From: Rebecca billardiae RCC1528
Taxonomy: Eukaryota > Protista > Haptophyta
NCBI GenBank assembly: GCA_965240325.2
Contig: OZ251246.1
Location: 434,001 to 498,000, forward strand
DNA length: 64,000 nucleotides
Direction: 5' to 3'
Each line of letters opens with the position of its first letter. The stretch's first letter is position 1. Of this stretch, positions 59,601-64,000 are shown in pieces. Below the pieces are notes generated by a model. It ran no database searches and was not told where the DNA came from. It saw nothing but the letters and a program-made list of their open reading frames with translations. Position numbers and translations under genes: made by a program.

Positions 59601-60873
59601 ATGGCAGCACGCCTCTGCATCCAACATCCGGCACGGCCCGCGCTCGCGCTCGCGCTGGCGGTGATCGCGGTGCTCGCGGGCACCGCGGCGGGCGTGGTCT
59701 CGCCGCGGCACATCTCCCCCCGCGCACCCTCCGCCTTCGTCTCGCGGAGGCCCGCCGCCTCCGCCGATGTTTCCATGAACATTCTCGATCGGTTCGGACG
59801 GCTGGTGAAGGCGAATGTGAACTCGCTGATCGCGAACGCGGAGGATCCGGAGAAGGTGCTCGAGCAGGCGGTGGTGGACATGCAAAAGGATCTGGTCAAG
59901 ATCCGCCAGTCGTACGCCGAGGTCGTCGCCTCGCAGAAGCGCGCGAAGGAGCAGATGCGCGCGGCCGAGGACGAGGCCGGGAAGTGGTACAAGCGCGCGC
60001 AGCTCGCGCTCGAGAAGGGCGAGGAGGACCTGGCGCGCGAGGCGCTCGAGCGGCGGCGCGGGCAGGACGAGCTCGCGCAGAGCCTCGCCTCGCAGCTCAG
60101 CAACCAGGACGCCTCCGTCCAGGGCCTCTACGACGCGATGAAGGAGCTCGAGGCGAAAATCTCGGAGGCAAAGTTGAAGAAGGACCAGTACACGGCGCGG
60201 GCGCGCACGGCCAAGGCGACGGCCAAGGTGAACGACATGCTCTCCGACGTGGGCACGAGCTCGGCGGTCGCGGCGTTCGACCGCATGAAGGACAAGGTCG
60301 AGACGCTCGAGGCCGAGGCCGAGACCACCCGCCAGCTCAAGCTCACCTCCGGCTCGAGCGCGCCCAAGACGATGGAGGACAAGTTCAAGGTGGGTAATGC
60401 GGGTAATGCGGGTACTTCCCGGGGGGACGCGGGGGGCGTGCTGGCGCGCGCGCCCGCCCGCGCGCGCGGCGGGCCCCCTTGCGTGTGGAACGGCTTGCGG
60501 GTGCCATCCGGCGGGCGGGCGGCGGGGCGGCGGGCTGCGGCGCGGGCTTGCGCGGCGTGTCGTGCTCCCAGCTATGCCAGTCGTGCCCCGCACCCCCAGC
60601 CGGCGGAGCGGCGCGTTCTGGGGCCAGTGTGCACTCGCCACGCACGTCAATACGCGCACTGCTTCGCTCACCGCACCCTGCCCTGCGCCCCCGGCGTGTG
60701 CCCTACGCCGCCTCCGGCCACCGCCCGCCGCGGCGCGATCGCGCGCGCTCGCGCCCGCCGCGCAGGCGCTCGAGGCCGGTACCGACATTGACGACGAGCT
60801 GGAGAAGCTGCGCGCGTCGCTGCCCTCCGCGTCGAAGAAGGAGATCGCCCCTGCGAAGGACGATGAGCTCTGA
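59601..60873 (+). CDS. PspA/IM30 (VIPP1-like) protein with signal and transit-like leader; intron 60390-60765
   Basis: MNILDRFGRLVKANVN...EDPEKVLEQAVVDMQKDL...LALEKGEEDLAREAL...AFDRMKDKV...DDELEKLR. Confidence 0.9.
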
Positions 60874-61979
60874 GCGGCGTGCGGCCTCGCCCTCCCTGAG
60901 CAGCAGGCCAGGCGCGACGCACCCGCAGGCCCGCTCGCAGTGGGCCGCCGTCACAAGAACGAGTGGCCAGTGGCCGGGCCCACTGCTAGCTATCGCCCGG
61001 CCTGCTGAGTGCTGGCAGCATCAGTAGTCGTCCCCGCTACGTCTTAGCCCCCGGCGGCCCGGCCCGGTCCCGGACGTCTGGCGAGGTTGCCGCGGGCGGG
61101 CGGCGCGGCAGCCGATCCGCGCCGGCACCCGGCGGTCAGCGCCCGCTGTGATGACGCGGGCCCGGCTGCAGATTCCGAGAAATAATCGAGATTGCCGGGA
61201 CGCCATCGCCAATCACTTCTGCTATCTATACGTGCGCGCGGTCGCCGCGCAGCGCCGCGTCATATAAAGTAGCCGCCGTCATACCGTCCCGTGTCCGTCG
61301 CGCGTCCATCCGAGCAGACTCGTCCATCACGGTCACGGATCCGATCGTCAATCGTCATGCAAGTCAAGTGACGGTCGTGGTCCGCGTCGGGTCGTGGCTC
61401 GGTGGCATGAGTCGTGTTGCCGCCAGCATCGTCGTCGATCTATCATTGGCGGCCATATATTATTGATATATGACGATGCTGATGACGCGATGCTGCTGCT
61501 GCATGAGACGCGACTCGTCGTAGTGCGCGCATATGACAGTTGCCCACGCCTCGCGGCCTCCGCGCCGGCCCGATAGGCGCTATATATATATATATATATT
61601 AATTATGATATATATATATATACGTAACTTATTATATACTGCTAGCAGGAGACTATCGGCGTGCCCGCTTGTCCTTGACTTGCAGCATACCACGGTCGGT
61701 GTAATAGCCCACGGGCTGCTCAGAGTCAGATTCCGGGGGGGCGGCTCAGCCTGCGGGACCGAGTGCGGGTGGGGCCGGTGCTGGCCGTCGGCGTCGGGCT
61801 GACAGGCGGGCATCACCCGGGCCGCCATCGCACAGTCCGGCGTGACATCTGCGCGCGGAACTGCGCGCCCGATGACGCTCGCCACGGCCGCCCGGAAGGC
61901 GGAAGCCGCTGCAGGCCGAGCGCTGCTAGTAGCACGTCATGCGCACCGTGCGTGGACAGACCGCGCGGCCCCGGCCCGC

Positions 61980-64000
61980 TCAGTTGCCCTTGAAGGCGCT
62001 GCAGTCCGGGCACGAGCACGTCTTGCACACCGTGTGCGGGCAGACCGCGCCCGACAGGCAACATTGCGCAATGCTGCCTGGGCCACATGCGCGCGGGTCG
62101 CACGTGCCGCCGCCTTCGCACTGGGCGTAGGGCGATTCGGGCGGCGAGGGCAACGAGGGCGCGGGCGTGGGCGCGGCCCCGCTCGGAGCGCCGCCCGCCT
62201 TGGGCTCGGGCCGGGCCGGGCGGAAGCGCATGCCGCCGCCGCCGCCGGATTTGCCGCCGCGGCGTCGCACGGGGCCGCGGCCGCCGGGCCCAGCGCCGCC
62301 GTTCGCTAAGTCACGGCCGCCGCCCGGGCCCGCGCCGCCCGCGCCCGCCTCGCCGCCCGCGGGCGCGGGCGCGGCGCCGCCGCCGCTCTGCGTCGTCGTC
62401 GCGAGCGAGGCCAGCCCGATCAGCAGGATCAGAAGGCCGAGGACCGCGACGCCCACGCGGCAGCGCCGACCGGCTGTCGACGGCGACTGTAGCAGCTCCC
62501 ACCAGCGCAGCACGCGCTCGCGCGCGCGAGAGAAGACGGTGCGGGCGATCCCGGCGGCGCGCTCGGCGAGCACGCGCGCGCCCGCCGCGACGACGACCCA
62601 CGCGGCGTGCACGCGCGCGCACACGGCACGCCAGCCGCGTGCGCACGCGGCGGCCGCGCGCCCCGCCCCGATTCGAATGCGCGCCCAACCGTCTGCGGCC
62701 GCATGCGCGACAGAGTTGGGCACAGCGCGGCGCGCGGCCTTGCCCGCGCGCTTGGCCGCGCGGCCGACGGCTTTGCCGGCGAGCATCGCGCCGACGAGCA
62801 CGGCGAGGACGGCCGTGGCCAGCCCGCCGCGGAACCCGCCCTTGCCCGCCGCCGCCTCCAGGCCGCGCGCCCAGTGCGGCTGCGCGACCTCCGCGCCGTC
62901 CGCCACTCGCTCCGCGTCGTCCGAGGTCGAGCCGGAATCGGACTCGGAGGAGCCCCCGGACTGGCCGGCGGGGATGCGCTCGGCGGACTCCTGGTCTGGG
63001 CCCTCGCCCTCGGGCAGCAGCTTCGCGCTGTGCTCGGAGTGCGCCTCGGCCTTCTTCTTCTGCGCGCGAGACCAGTCGCTCACCTGCTGTGCCGCGGCCG
63101 GCGCGACCGAGATGAGCAGGACGACGCCGATCATGAAGGAGCCCGCGATCGTGGCCCAGAGGGCGGCGGAGCGGCCGCGGCCGCTGCGCCGCGGCGGCGG
63201 CGGCACGGTGCCGCCACCGCCCGCCGGGACGGCGGGCGGCAGCGGCGGCAGCGGCGGGAAGGGCACGGCGGGCGGCGCGGGCGCCACGCCGCCGCCGCCG
63301 CCGCCGCTCGGCATGCCGGGCGGCGAGGGCGAGGGCGAGGGCGGGAGCGGCGGGAATGGCGGCGGCGGCGGCGAGGGCGAGAGGATGCGCGGGCTGAGCG
63401 GCGGCGGCGGCGAGTACGGCGGTGGCGGCGAGAAGGGCGGCGGCGGCGACTCGTCGTGCGGCAGCAGCGCCGCTTCGCACTGCGCTTCCGGTGGCCAAAC
63501 GTCCGGGCTCCCGGACCCAGCGCCGGAGGACTTGCTCGCTTGGAGCTGCGGCCGGGTCGCGATCCAGTAGAGCGTCGCGGTGCGGCTGTTGCCGTTGCCT
63601 GCCGGCGCCTCGCCCGAGAAGACCGAGTCCGGGAGCGCGAGCGCCTCCTCCCACGCCTGCGGCGGCGGCGGCGGAGGGCGACGGGCGAGGGCGGCGCGCG
63701 CGCGGGCGCATCGCGATGAGCCCACGCTGCGCGCCCTCCTCGGGGCGGTGCGCGCGGGGCGCGCGCGCGGTGCGCGCTGCCGTGCGCCGCGCACCTTGGT
63801 CGGCTCGAGGATCGCGCGCTGCATGGTGAAGAGCGTCACCCAGCCGTCCTTCACGCACGCGCCCGACATGCCGCAGTCCTTCGCGCCGATCGGGTACGAC
63901 GCGTTCACGAAGCCCGGCTGCAGGTAGTACTCGGATGGCGGGATGAACGGCACCATTTGAATGCCGTGCACCATGTACGCCGAGCCGCCAAACCAGGTCT
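61980..64000 (-). CDS. 3' part of a GH81 endo-1,3-beta-glucanase with Pro-rich linker and membrane segments (continues beyond the window); intron 63657-63794
   Basis: TWFGG...HGIQMVPF...GNSRTATLYWIATRP is the GH81 C-terminal signature, followed by SPPPP repeats, hydrophobic helices and a Cys-rich tail. Confidence 0.7.
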   Translation of the reverse strand, partial: TWFGGSAYMVHGIQMVPFIPPSEYYLQPGFVNASYPIGAKDCGMSGACVKDGWVTLFTMQRAILEPTKVRGARQRAPRARPARTAPRRARSVGSSRCARARAALARRPPPPPPQAWEEALALPDSVFSGEAPAGNGNSRTATLYWIATRPQLQASKSSGAGSGSPDVWPPEAQCEAALLPHDESPPPPFSPPPPYSPPPPLSPRILSPSPPPPPFPPLPPSPSPSPPGMPSGGGGGGVAPAPPAVPFPPLPPLPPAVPAGGGGTVPPPPRRSGRGRSAALWATIAGSFMIGVVLLISVAPAAAQQVSDWSRAQKKKAEAHSEHSAKLLPEGEGPDQESAERIPAGQSGGSSESDSGSTSDDAERVADGAEVAQPHWARGLEAAAGKGGFRGGLATAVLAVLVGAMLAGKAVGRAAKRAGKAARRAVPNSVAHAAADGWARIRIGAGRAAAACARGWRAVCARVHAAWVVVAAGARVLAERAAGIARTVFSRARERVLRWWELLQSPSTAGRRCRVGVAVLGLLILLIGLASLATTTQSGGGAAPAPAGGEAGAGGAGPGGGRDLANGGAGPGGRGPVRRRGGKSGGGGGMRFRPARPEPKAGGAPSGAAPTPAPSLPSPPESPYAQCEGGGTCDPRACGPGSIAQCCLSGAVCPHTVCKTCSCPDCSAFKGN

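Overview
Very GC-rich, intron-containing eukaryotic DNA. Short introns typically read GTGCGC...CGCAG and some proteins carry signal-plus-transit-like leaders. This fits an alga with a secondary plastid, probably a haptophyte such as a member of the Pavlovales (inference). About 18 host genes are recognisable: a GPR155/PIN-like permease, PX-domain protein, TMEM65-GAF fusion, pseudokinase-LOV-KA1 protein, OGT-like GT41 with a signal peptide, scramblase, Sel1-MYND protein, double-AP2 protein, HNH nuclease, nodulin-like MFS transporter, EsV-1-7 repeat protein, EF-hand-like protein, NodZ-like fucosyltransferase, glucuronokinase/pyrophosphorylase fusion, PspA/VIPP1, the 3' end of a GH81 glucanase and two uncharacterised ORFs. 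Mobile DNA is abundant: a truncated pogo-like transposase, a 5'-truncated RLE non-LTR retroelement, two related ~1.1-kb foldback elements, a 1.7-kb TIR element with a 7-bp TSD, and a young gag-only LTR element nested in a small TA-flanked TIR element. Most notable: (1) a spliced gene joining a degenerate kinase, a LOV domain lacking both the photoactive Cys and the signalling Gln, and a Chk1-like KA1 domain; (2) the gag-only LTR element, which carries a 346-bp inverted repeat and an antisense ORF with a signal-like N-terminus; (3) a mitochondrial-type TMEM65 fused to a PDE-type GAF domain; (4) a 9x38-aa EsV-1-7 array whose variation sits almost entirely in two small windows. All calls are from manual motif reading and none were database-verified.
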